Part shown: piece by piece, positions 53,201 to 64,000 of the stretch
Layout: every line of letters starts with the position of its first letter
Numbering within the stretch: the first letter of the stretch is position 1
NCBI GenBank assembly: GCA_051362555.1
Contig: CM120641.1
Location: 11,222,001 to 11,286,000, forward strand
Direction: 5' to 3'
DNA length: 64,000 nucleotides
Source of the DNA: Lingula anatina
Lineage: Eukaryota > Animalia > Brachiopoda
Made by a program: the position numbers and the translations under genes
The notes under the pieces: generated by a model
What the model saw: only the letters and a program-made list of their open reading frames with translations
Database searches by the model: none
Told to the model about the DNA's origin: nothing

Positions 53201-54562
53201 AAAGCAAAGAATGTAATAACTGAATGAAGCCAAAACATCCAGCGGGTGGTGTCCCAACACCCACAGACCGTGCTTTGCTCACGTTTTCAATAATATTTCT
53301 TCACCATATCTTATCAAATAGACAATATATTTAACAAATGCCATAATTAGTAAGGACATTATTTGTTATAAGACTCAAATTATAAGGAATACTGTCCAAT
53401 GCAAATAAAGCAAAGAATGTTTAAACTGGATAAAGCCAAAATATCCAGTGGGTGGTGTCCCAGCACCCACAGACCGTACTTTAGAACACATTGGCTAATA
53501 TTCCTTTTACAAGCAACCATTTATTTTTAAATGAACTAAAGATAATAACCTTTAATATATTTGTTTAACAACAGTGAAGCACGTTCACCTGCAAAGCAGT
53601 TGTCAACACTTCAAATACTTACATTGTTCCAACAACTCTGTAATTTTTTTCCACTTTCCAACATACCTTTTCCTCTAATCTAAATTGAATTTCATCTAGG
53701 CTGTTGCCTGAAAAAGAAAGTTGTCTACCAAAATCAATACAGGAGTTGAAGTTTATGCAAAATTTCCCTCCATGTGACGTTTTGCTTGTCTTACCACATA
53801 CCACAATATCCATGGAGATTCAAAGTGCCGTTAATGCTAAAAAAGACATTTCATTAAGAAACACTATTCAATCCAAAAACAAAGCAAAGAATGTAATAAC
53901 TGAATGAAGCCAAAACATCCAGCGGGTGGTGTCCCAACACCCACAGACCGTGCTTTGCTCAAGTTTTCAATAATATTTCTTCACCATATCTTATCAAATA
54001 GACAATCTATTTAACAAATGCCATAATTAGTAAGGACATTATTTGTTATAAGACTCAAATTATAAGGAACACTGTCCAATGCAAATAAAGCAAAGAATGT
54101 TTAAACTGGATAAAGCCAAAATATCCAGCGGGTGGTGTCCCAGCACCCACAGACCGTACTTTAGAACACATTGGCTAATATTCCTTTTACAAGCAACCAT
54201 TTATTTTTAAATGAACTAAAGATAATAACCTTTAAATATACATTTCTTTAACAACAGTGAAGCACGTTCACCTGCAAAGCAGTTGTCAACACTTCAAATA
54301 CTTACATTGTTCCAACAACTCTGTAATTTTTTTCCACTTTCCAACATACCTTTTCCTCTAATCTAAATTGAATTTCATCTAGGCTGTTGCCTGAAAAAGA
54401 AAGTTGTCTACCAAAATCAATACAGGAGTTGAAGTTTATGCAAAATTTCCCTCCATGTGACGTTTTGCTTGTCTTACCACATACCACAATATCCACGGAG
54501 ATTCAAAGTGCCATTAATGCTAAAAAAGACATTTCATTAAGAAACACTATTCAATCCAAAAA

Positions 54563-54640
54563 CAAAGCAAAGAATGTAATAACTGAATGAAGCCAAAACA
54601 TCCAGCGGGTGGTGTCCCAACACCCACAGACCGTGCTTTG
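54563..54640 (-). ncRNA. Candidate structured RNA motif A (representative copy; one per array unit)
   Basis: 78-nt three-helix junction with compensatory differences relative to motif A'; family not recognised. Confidence 0.3.
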
Positions 54641-54768
54641 CTCAAGTTTTCAATAATATTTCTTCACCATATCTTATCAAATAGACAATCTATTTAACAA
54701 ATGCCATAATTAGTAAGGACATTATTTGTTATAAGACTCAAATTATAAGGAACACTGTCCAATGCAAA

Positions 54769-54846
54769 TAAAGCAAAGAATGTTTAAACTGGATAAAGCC
54801 AAAATATCCAGTGGGTGGTGTCCCAGCACCCACAGACCGTACTTTA
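54769..54846 (-). ncRNA. Candidate structured RNA motif A' (representative copy; one per array unit)
   Basis: Paralog of motif A, same 78-nt length and same fold. Confidence 0.3.
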
Positions 54847-57800
54847 GAACACATTGGCTAATATTCCTTTTACAAGCAACCATTTATTTTTAAATGAACT
54901 AAAGATAATAACCTTTAAACATACATTTGTTTAACAACAGTGAAGCACGTTCACCTGCAAAGCATTTGTCAACACTTCAAATACTTACATTGTTCCAACA
55001 ACTCTGTAATTTTTTTCCACTTTCCAACATACCTTTTCCTCTAATCTAAATTGAATTTCATCTAGGCTGTTGCCTGAAAAAGAAAGTTGTCTACCAAAAT
55101 CAATACAGGAGTTGAAGTTTATGCAAAATTTCCCTCCATGTGACATTTTGCTTGTCTTACCACATACCACAATATCCACGGAGATTCAAAGTGCCATTAA
55201 TGCTAAAAAAGACATTTCATTAAGAAACACTATTCAATCCAAAAACAAAGCAAAGAATGTAATAACTGAATGAAGCCAAAACATCCAGCGGGTGGTGTCC
55301 CAACACCCACAGACCGTGCTTTGCTCAAGTTTTCAATAATATTTCTTCACCATATCTTATCAAATAGACAATCTATTTAACAAATGCCATAATTAGTAGG
55401 GACATTATTTGTTATAAGACTCAAATTATAAGGAACACTGTCCAATGCAAATAAAGCAAAGAATGTTTAAACTGGATAAAGCCAAAATATCCAGTGGGTG
55501 GTGTCCCAGCACCCACAGACCTTACTTTAGAACACATTGGCTAATATTCCTTTTACAAGCAACCATTTATTTTTAAATGTACTAAAGATAATAACCTTTA
55601 AATATACATTTGTTTAACAACAGTGAAGCACGTTCACCTGCAAAGCAGTTGTCAACACTTCAAATACCTACATTGTTCCAACAACTCTGTAATTTTTTTC
55701 CACTTTCCAACATACCTTTTCCTCTAATCTAAATTGAATTTCATCTAGGCTGTTGCCTGAAAAAGAAAGTTGTCTACCAAAATCAATACAGGAGTTGAAG
55801 TTTATGCAAAATTTCCCTCCATGTGACATTTTGCTTGTCTTACCACATACCACAATATCCACGGAGATTCAAAGTGCCACTAATGCTAAAAAAAGACATT
55901 TCATTAAGAAACACTATTCAATCCAAAAACAAAGCAAAGAATGTAATAACTGAATGAAGCCAAAACATCCAGCGGGTGGTGTCCCAACACCCACAGACCG
56001 TGCTTTGCTCAAGTTTTCAATAATATTTCTTCACCATATCTTATCAAATAGACAATCTATTTAACAAATGCCATAATAAGTAAGGACATTATTTGTTATA
56101 AGACTCAAATTATAAGGAACACTGTCCAATGCAAATAAAGCAAAGAATGTTTAAACTGGATAAAGCCAAAATATCCAGTGGGTGGTGTCCCAGCACCCAC
56201 AGACCTAACTTTAGAACACATTGGCTAATATTCCTTTTACAAGCAACCATTTATTTTTAAATGAACTAAAGATAATAACCTTTAAATATACATTTGTTTA
56301 ACAACAGTGAAGCACGTTCACCTGTAAAGCAGTTGTCAACACTTCAAATACTTACATTGTTCCAACAACTCTGTAATTTTTTTTCCACTTTCCAACATAC
56401 CTTTTCCTCTAATCTAAATTGAATTTCATCTAGGCTGTTGCCTGAAAAAGAAAGTTGTCTACCAAAATCAATACAGGAGTTGAAGTTTATGCAAAATTTC
56501 CCTCCATGTGAGATTTTGCTTGTCTAACCACATACCACAATATCCACGGAGATTCAAAGTGCCACAAATGCTAAAAAAGACATTTCATTAAGAAACACTA
56601 TTCAATCCAAAAACAAAGCAAAGAATGTAATAACTGAATGAAGCCAAAACATCCAGCGGGTGGTGTCCCAACACCCACAGACCGTGCTTTGCTCACGTTT
56701 TCAATAATATTTCTTCACCATATCTTATCAAATAGACAATCTATTTAACAAATGCCATACTTAGTAAGGACATTATTTGTTATAAGACTCAAATTATTAG
56801 AAACACTGTCCAATGCAAATAAAGCAAAGAATGTTTAAACTGGATAAAGCCAAAATATCCAGTGGGTGGTGTCCCAGCACCCACAGACCTTACTTTAGAA
56901 CACATTGGCTAATATTCCTTTTACAAGCAACCATTTATTTTTAAATGTACTAAAAATAATAATCTTTAAATATACATTTGTTTAACAACAGTGAAGCACG
57001 TTCACCTGCAAAGCAGTTGTCAACACTTCAAATACTTACATTGTTCCAACAACTCTGTAATTTTTTTCCACTTTCCAACATACCTTTTCCTCTAATCTAA
57101 ATTGAATTTCATCTAGGCTGTTGCCTGAAAAAGAAAGTTGTCTACCAAAATCAATACAGGAGTTGAAGTTTATGCAAAATTTCCCTCCATGTGAGATTTT
57201 GCTTGTCTTACCACATACCACAATATCCACGGAGATTCAAAGTGCCACTAATGCTAAAAAAGACATTTCATTAAGAAACACTATTCAATCCAAAAACAAA
57301 GCAAAGAATGTAATAACTGAATGAAGCCAAAACATCCAGCGGGTGGTGTCCCAACACCCACAGACCGTGCTTTGCTCAAGTTTTCAATAATATTTCTTCA
57401 CCATATCTTATCAAATAGACAATCTATTTAACAAATGCCATAATTAGTAAGGACATTATTTGTTATAAGACTCAAATTATAAGGAACACTGTCCAATGCA
57501 AATAAAGCAAAGAATGTTTAAACTGGATAAAGCCAAAATATCCAGTGGGTGGTGTCCCAGCACCCACAGACCTTACTTTAGAACACATTGGCTAATATTC
57601 CTTTTACAAGCAACCATTTATTTTTAAATGAACTAAAGATAATAACCTTTAAATATACATTTGTTTAACAACAGTGAAGCACGTTCACCTGCAAAGCAGT
57701 TGTCAACACTTCAAATACTTACATTGTTCCAACAACTCTGTAATTTTTTTTCCACTTTCAAACATACCTTTTCCTCTAATCTAAATTGAATTTCATCTAG

Positions 57801-58977
57801 GCTGTTGCCTGAAAAAGAAAGTTGTCTACCAAAATCAATACAGGAGTTGAAGATTATGCAAAATTTCCCTCCATGTGAGATTTTGCTTGTCTTACCACAT
57901 ACCACAATATCCACGGAGATTCAAAGTGCCACAAATGCTAAAAAAGACATTTCATTAAGAAACACTATTCAATCCAAAAACAAAGCAAAGAATGTAATAA
58001 CTGAATGAAGCCAAAACATCCAGCGGGTGGTGTCCCAACACCCACAGACCGTGCTTTGCTCAAGTTTTCAATAATATTTCTTCACCATATCTTATCAAAT
58101 AGACAATCTATTTAACAAATGCCATAATTAGTAAGGACATTATTTGTTATAAGACTCAAATTATAAGGAACACTGTCCAATGCAAATAAAGCAAAGAATG
58201 TTTAAACTGGATAAAGCCAAAATATCCAGTGGGTGGTGTCCCAGCACCCACAGACCTTACTTTACAACACATTGGCTAATATTCCTTTTACAAGCAACCA
58301 TTTATTTTTAAATGAACTAAAGATAATAACCTTTAAATATACATTTGTTTAACAACAGTGAAGCACGTTCACCTGCAAAGCAGTTGTCAACACTTCAAAT
58401 ACTTACATTGTTCCAACAACTCTGTAATTTTTTTTCCACTTTCCAACATACCTTTTCCTCTAATCTAAATTGAAATTCATCTAGGCTGTTGCCTGAAAAA
58501 AAAAGTTGTCTACCAAAATCAATACAGGAGTTGAAGTTTATGCAAAATTTCCCTCCATGTGAGATTTTGCTTGTTTTACCACATACCACAATATCCACGG
58601 AGATTCAAAGTGCCACTAATGCTAAAAAAGACATTTCATTAAGAAACACTATTCAATCCAAAATCAAAGCAAAGAATGTAATAACTGAATGAAGTCAAAA
58701 CATCCAGTGGGTGGTGTCCCAACACCCACAGACCGTGCTTTAGCCAAGTTTTGAATAATATTAAAAACTGCACTTTAGAATACATTGTCTAATATTCCTT
58801 TTACAAGCAAATATACTGTTCCAAATGAACCGAAGATAAACTTTTGTTAACTTTAATCGAATTTTACATTATTAGCTTGACCGATTTTCCCCGCTTGGTT
58901 TTTTGTTTGTCTGTTTTGTGCTAGTGAAGAAAAGGATAGACTTAAACCACTATACCAAGTGTACAGGTAGAAATTGT

Positions 58978-59150
58978 CTTTTTACTATTTTTGCCTACCT
59001 GTTTCTTTTGAAAATCCGCGGTTCATCAGTGTGACAACACTTTTCTGCTTGTGAGAATGCGGTTGCCACTGTCCATGGAAACGTAAGCAATGATACACAA
59101 TAAGCACGTCATATGTCAACGTCACGTCGTGACGTATAAAATTGCGCCAA
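58978..59150 (-). promoter_or_regulatory. Promoter-like module + candidate first exon, copy 1 (RFX X-box-like, CRE-like palindrome)
   Basis: GTTGCCA..CTGTCCATGGAAAC 59062-59082; ACGTCACG-T-CGTGACGT 59119-59135; minus donor AG|GTAGGC at 58998. Confidence 0.5.
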
Positions 59151-59506
59151 TGCCCATGGTTTTCTTTTTCAGACTGCATTTTAGTTGGACTACAAAAAAA
59201 ACTGTCTGGGTAATGGAACCCTGAAAGAAATTCCCATTGCGTTAAATGAGCTGAAAGGCACAATAAACCGACTAGTATTTTTTTCTGCGTACGCTCTGTC
59301 TAGGAATTGTATTTCAAAAATATCTCTCGTATATGAATTGAATACCAGTATCGTGTCTTCTGTCTTGTAGCTACTCTCCTTTTTATACTAATACGCAAAA
59401 TCCATACTTAAGCGATATTATTGGATAACTTGCATATACCTTTATACGTAGGAATGGTGCTGACAGATAGGGCATGCTTCGTAGTCAGGTTTCACTTTTA
59501 CCTGCG

Positions 59507-59789
59507 CAGTGGCGGATTTAGAGGGGGGGGGGGGGTCGGGGGGGGGGGCTGACCCCTGCCCTTCGATTTCTGGTCCCCTCTTGAAATTAGAAATTTGACC
59601 AGCTGAATCATAGTTCTAAGCCGTACCAAATGACACCGTTCTCCCTGTAAAATACATTATTATTATTTATTTATTTATTTTTTTTTTTTTTTTTTGGGGG
59701 GGGGGGGCGAACCCCACGCCAAGTGGGAGGGGGGGCTTCGCCTCCGCGTCCCCCCACTCCCCCTTCAAATAAACTTGGACCCGCTCCTG
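59507..59789 (-). mobile_element. MITE, CAG(G/T)GGCGGAT-terminal family, copy 3 (inverted)
   Basis: CAGTGGCGGATTTAG ... GGACCCGCTCCTG; flanked by 6-bp duplication CCTGCG. Confidence 0.85.
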
Positions 59790-59972
59790 CCTGCGGAAGA
59801 ACCAGGAAGCACATAATATTAATTGCGTGTAGATAGCAATCGGTGCGGGGAATAACAACGTAACCGCTTTAGATAAAATCACCAAAAATGGTGTAGTTAT
59901 TGACAAAGGTATGAAGACCAATCGGGTGCAATTTGTTGATAGCAACTTTTGAACCGATGTGATTTACATTGT

Positions 59973-60273
59973 ATTTAGAAAGGTCCAGTGAAAATTGGTT
60001 TGAACGAATGTGATAGAATCTAAACGGAGAGATTTTCAAAAGGTCGGTGGCTACCCTTAGTAGTACTCATGCGCGGCTCCTACTATCCACTGAATTTTTT
60101 CTATACGAGCCCGGGAAATAATTTAGAAAGGTCCAGTGAAAATTGGTTTGAACGAATGTAACAAGTGATAGAATCTAAACGGAGAGATTTTCAAAAGGTC
60201 GGTGGCTACCCTTAGTAGTACTCATGCGCGGCTCCTACTATCCACTGAATTTTTTCTATACGAGCCCGGGAAA
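59973..60273. repeat. Recent tandem duplication, two ~148/154-bp copies
   Basis: ATTTAGAAAGGTCCAGTG...GAGCCCGGGAAAT at 59973 and 60121, apparently identical apart from one short indel. Confidence 0.92.
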
Positions 60274-61046
60274 TCAATCAATCAATAAATCGAGAATAAC
60301 ATTCTCACCCCAAAAACCGCTGGTATGACGTCATCAGCAAAATACCCATACTTTATCTGAAGTTGCATTAAGTCCATGAACATTAAAAGTATATAGGGAA
60401 AAGCTAAATAAATGGGTCATGTTTTTGAAGTTATTGGGAAATTTATTTTTGTAGCAGAGAAGAGCGGTAAATGTCAAAGTCACACGAGGTGTTAGTTGTT
60501 TGGTTAATTTCACAACCGAAATGTAATTTTTGATTACGAGGATAAAACTGTAAACTGGACTTCATAAACTTTTCAAATACGACGTTATAGAGACTGCATT
60601 TCTATACCAATTTAGTTTTGTTAGATGTGAACTAGCATTTGAAGAGATTACTTGTATGAGGTAATATTGTATATTTGGACGACAAAGCATGTATAATGGG
60701 AGATTCTTCGAAAGATAATGAAAAGAAAATAAGTGAACGGGTGATCAGTGTGAAGAGAAAATTTAAATACCACTGCGTTTGTATGATTTTGAATTTATGT
60801 TTCTATTAATCGATGACATCTAATTGTTTCTTACATTATTTCAACACGCAACTTCATTTTACAGGCAATGTACAAAACAATTAAATGCATTCTAAATATA
60901 TATGCTTTGTATTTTTGTACAGGTCTTCCCACTTACATTTGGGGACTTGGGATTGTGCAGTCAAGTAAAGGCTGAAAATAAATGAAAGGCGGGAACGATA
61001 GCCAACCAATACAGATTGCATCCTATATTACGCACTAAACCATACA

Positions 61047-61228
61047 ACTTTTTTTTATTACTTTCCCTACCTTTTTTCTTTTGAAAAATTTCTGCGGTTC
61101 ATCAGTCGCAATGTGATATCGCTTTGATGGTAGTGAGGATGCGGTTGCCACTGTCCATGGCAACGTAGACAATACACAATATACACGTCATATGTCAACG
61201 TCACGTCGTGACGCATAAAAGGCGCCAT
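61047..61228 (-). promoter_or_regulatory. Promoter-like module + candidate first exon, copy 2 (paralog of 58978-59150)
   Basis: GCGGTTGCCACTGTCCATGGCAAC 61141-61164; CACGTCATATGTCAACGTCACGTCGTGACG shared; minus donor AG|GTAGGG at 61070. Confidence 0.5.
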
Positions 61229-61292
61229 GAAAATCTGCACTCTGTCGAAACTCCATAAGAATACAGTATAAAAGTGAAAACATATCTATTTA

Positions 61293-61328
<36 letters not shown>

Positions 61329-62325
61329 AAACAACATTGAATAAAAAATTACTACATAAAAATGGAACATTGAATAAAAAAGAGAATATTGTATAAAATT
61401 TTGGAACATTGAATAACAAAACTTATAATTGAATAAAACATACATTTATTGAACATTGCAACACATATCATGCCATACACTATCACACATACATGTACAC
61501 GATGTAGCATATAATTTTACTTGAATTACGGGCCTCCTTGTTTTGGTTTAGAGCTTTATTTCAAAAATACTGTGGATAACTTTTGAATATTGAATGCTAT
61601 TAACCGTTTAGCCATTTTTTAAATTTCTTGTTTCATTTAGTTTTACATTTTTGATTTACCGGGGTTTTTTTCATGCAGATAGTGTTGCTGTAACTGTGTT
61701 ACAAATCCCATGCCCATCACAGGGTACAACGTGATCAGTTTTTCCATCCAGTTTTCTGCTCAGAATTCTAAACAAAAGAGTCTTACAAAATGGGTAGGGT
61801 GCAAAAATTAGAGATGAAAAACACTCAGTAGAAAGACTTTTGTGAATACGTTTTCAAAATACTTACCTCAATACCCATGTCTGCTTACACCATACGGCCC
61901 TTAGGGGCCTATATCACCGCGTCCTTTTCTAAAGTTTCGTTCGTCTCGAACTGAATAATTGATAACAAATCTTTGCCGCTCATGAGACTTCGTGTTTGGT
62001 TTCGAATTAAAATATTTGTTTTTAACCCCAGAACTATTAAGTTTTATTAAAATTTAAAGAATGCTTTAACAATAAAATATTTTAGTCAAACAATGTGAAC
62101 AAACTGCAAAATATACATTGCTATTAAAATAATACTAATAATAGACCCTACAAAGTAAACCTGTCAGTGAAAACTATATTCTGTGACCCTGGTAAAAGGT
62201 GTACGGTAAAAGACAACATGGGGGCCATCCAGAATAGAAGATTCGAGTATCAACTGGTCCAAAGCTCAAATATGGCGGACCCTACATGAAAGGAAGACCG
62301 CTTAATCCTGTAATGGTCTCTCCGC

Positions 62326-62398
62326 CTCTCACACGCCTCCCCACGCGCCTGGTCGAATTTTAAATTACTGGGACGACGCGTGGGGAAGCGTGTGAGAG
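62326..62398. repeat. GC-rich inverted repeat, 22-bp arms with one mismatch
   Basis: CTCTCACACGCCTCCCCACGCG (62326-62347) / CGCGTGGGGAAGCGTGTGAGAG (62377-62398). Confidence 0.85.
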
Positions 62399-63239
62399 AA
62401 CTGCAGGACGTCAAAAATCCTTCATTCATCCTCACCCTTACCTCCATCCTTGATTAACGAACCTGGAGATCCAGTTTTCTGCAGTTTTGAACTCATTTCG
62501 TTTTGCATGTTAATACAACGCACATAGATTTTAATAATGAATGCTGTTTATCACATAGAAGCGCCACTGAAACTGTTGTGAAGTGTCCTCATCCTCTACC
62601 TTAGCCCTCCCCATCCCGACCTCCTTATCAGTAAGAAAAATTAAATGCGTAGTTACTACCAAGGTAACTGTTTATTCTAATATTGTATTGCACAAAAAGT
62701 TTCACTCTGAAATAAAAAAAATTATGTAACCAAATTTCAGCAAGGCTCTCCAGTACATCTGTCATTATTTGAGGAAAACAAATACATGTACTAGTATTTT
62801 GAAGTAAGAGGTAAAATAATCAACTGCAGCAGAAAGTCACTTTCTTGTCTTAAACAGATCTGACTGTACAAATGTTGTAGCACAGTAAGTTTATAGTAGA
62901 GTTGAATAAAGAAGAGGTCCCATCTTATACGTTCTTCGAATCAACCGAATTTCAAACTACGCCAACAGTTAAGTATTCAATAAGTTTCATCTAAAATATT
63001 TGTATCATACTCAAAGCCCTGTTGGCAGGACTCATACGTAAATTAATTATGGAATTTCTCAATCATTACTGGCTCAATATACCTTATTTGGTGCAGCGTG
63101 TATCTATATACACTACTGACGAGAAAAAACTCTTTAGCGGGATATTTGTATTCCAAGATTCACAGACCGAAGAATGACGGCCTTCATGTTTCAATACGAA
63201 AAAAAAAAACGGAAAATCGAACAGTCGTGAACGGCAAAT

Positions 63240-63440
63240 ATGTATATTAAAATGGCGACGTACCTCTCTGGGATATAAATATCAAAGTGTAAGTTGCTGT
63301 TTTTGCTGAGAAATAAGTCCCACGGGGCCGTTGTTGTGGTTGGTTGCTGCTGACGTTGGATACAACCGTTACTTTACGTCACAGTGATTGACGTCGACGT
63401 CAATGACGTGGGGATGCTTGACCAAAATGGCGGAACAAAG
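63240..63440 (+). promoter_or_regulatory. Promoter / first-exon region of an unidentified + strand gene
   Basis: YY1-type AAAATGGCG at 63249 and CAAAATGGCGG at 63423; donor GTAAGT at 63289; clustered TGACGT sites at 63375-63411; CpG-rich. Confidence 0.5.
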
Positions 63441-64000
63441 ATATTATGTAAATTTGCAAATTGCCATGTAAATCAGCATGGAAGTTCATGTAAGCACTCC
63501 TAGTTATGTATTCTGATATGTATTATATAAAGTTGATGCACACTAAAATCAGGTTATAAGTTCGCGGGGGAGGGGGGTGTACGTGGGAGTTAGATGTACT
63601 ACGAATGATTTTCTTCATGATAAAACATTGAAAGGTTGGACACTAGATCACACCAACGTTAGTTATTATTATCCATTCATCATCAAATAAACAAATCATA
63701 AAGAGGAGCAGATAGAAATGAAGTAAGAAGCACCATGGTTTGCAAGATCTTAATGAACTTGGATTAAAAACTGTAAAAAGTTTTATTGGCAAAATCTGAC
63801 ATGAATTATTATACATGATTTTAAAGACTGCAGCAGTGCTATAACTGTAAACGATCTCTTCTATATTTATAATGCACACCATTTCCATAGAATTAAAAAG
63901 CGTTCGCCAAGAAAAATAATAATGAACTAAGAGAATAATGTGATGCAAAGTATCAATGTCGTCTTTCAGACAAAGCTCAAGACTTCGGTGTTTGAATTTA

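Larger units (their letters stand above)
35794..58840. repeat. Tandem macrosatellite, ~683-bp unit, ~34 copies, very high inter-unit identity
   Basis: TTGCCTGAA landmark at 36374, 37056, 37740, 38559, 39142 ... 57121, 57805, 58489; mostly 680-688 bp spacing with deletion variants of 478, 583/584, 661 and 672 bp. Confidence 0.98.

Noticed and set aside
54563-54640. Motif A/A' as tRNA, C/D snoRNA, SL RNA or hammerhead/twister/HDV ribozyme
   Set aside because: No D/T-loop consensus and no RUGAUGA/CUGA terminal pair; the Sm-like (A/G)UUUUGG is buried in a hairpin loop; catalytic core nucleotides are not in the required positions despite superficial AAUGAAGCC/GUCCCAA similarity to twister on the plus strand
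36374-58692. Repeated 62-67-aa ORFs on both strands (MPEKESC..., MDIVVCGK...) as a multicopy peptide gene family
   Set aside because: They start at TTG/GTG in a eukaryote, overlap antisense, and copies differ by frameshifts, stops and many non-synonymous changes; they are by-products of the repeat
35794-58840. CRISPR-like array (short palindromic repeats with spacers)
   Set aside because: The 'spacers' are themselves repeated, periods are ~205/478 bp, the context is eukaryotic and there are no cas genes

Overview
AT-rich, intron-containing animal genomic DNA, probably a marine invertebrate (judged from repeat style and AKT sequence; the taxon cannot be fixed from sequence alone). In order along the window: (1) 1-2064, the 3' part of an internally deleted BEL/Pao LTR retrotransposon (RT ORF, PPT, 3' LTR with a 64-bp minisatellite). 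(2) A complete 11-coding-exon AKT/PKB gene on the minus strand (26528->13795, 482 aa). (3) Head-to-head with it, a complete 13-exon AP-4 mu subunit gene (AP4M1, 27924->35502, 445 aa) whose first intron has U12-type (minor spliceosome) signals. (4) A ~23-kb tandem array of ~34 copies of a ~683-bp unit (~35.8-58.8 kb) starting in the AP4M1 3' end. (5) Duplicated and clustered promoter-like sequences at 59-63.5 kb, and several MITEs throughout. The main observation concerns the array. Each full unit carries two diverged copies of a 78-nt motif that folds into the same three-helix junction on the minus strand, with compensatory base changes between the copies. Each unit also carries minus-strand splice-site-bounded mini-exons, and candidate minus-strand first exons with RFX-like promoter motifs lie just upstream. 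This resembles a spliced host transcript releasing dozens of copies of an unrecognised intronic structured RNA. That reading is a hypothesis needing RNA data.
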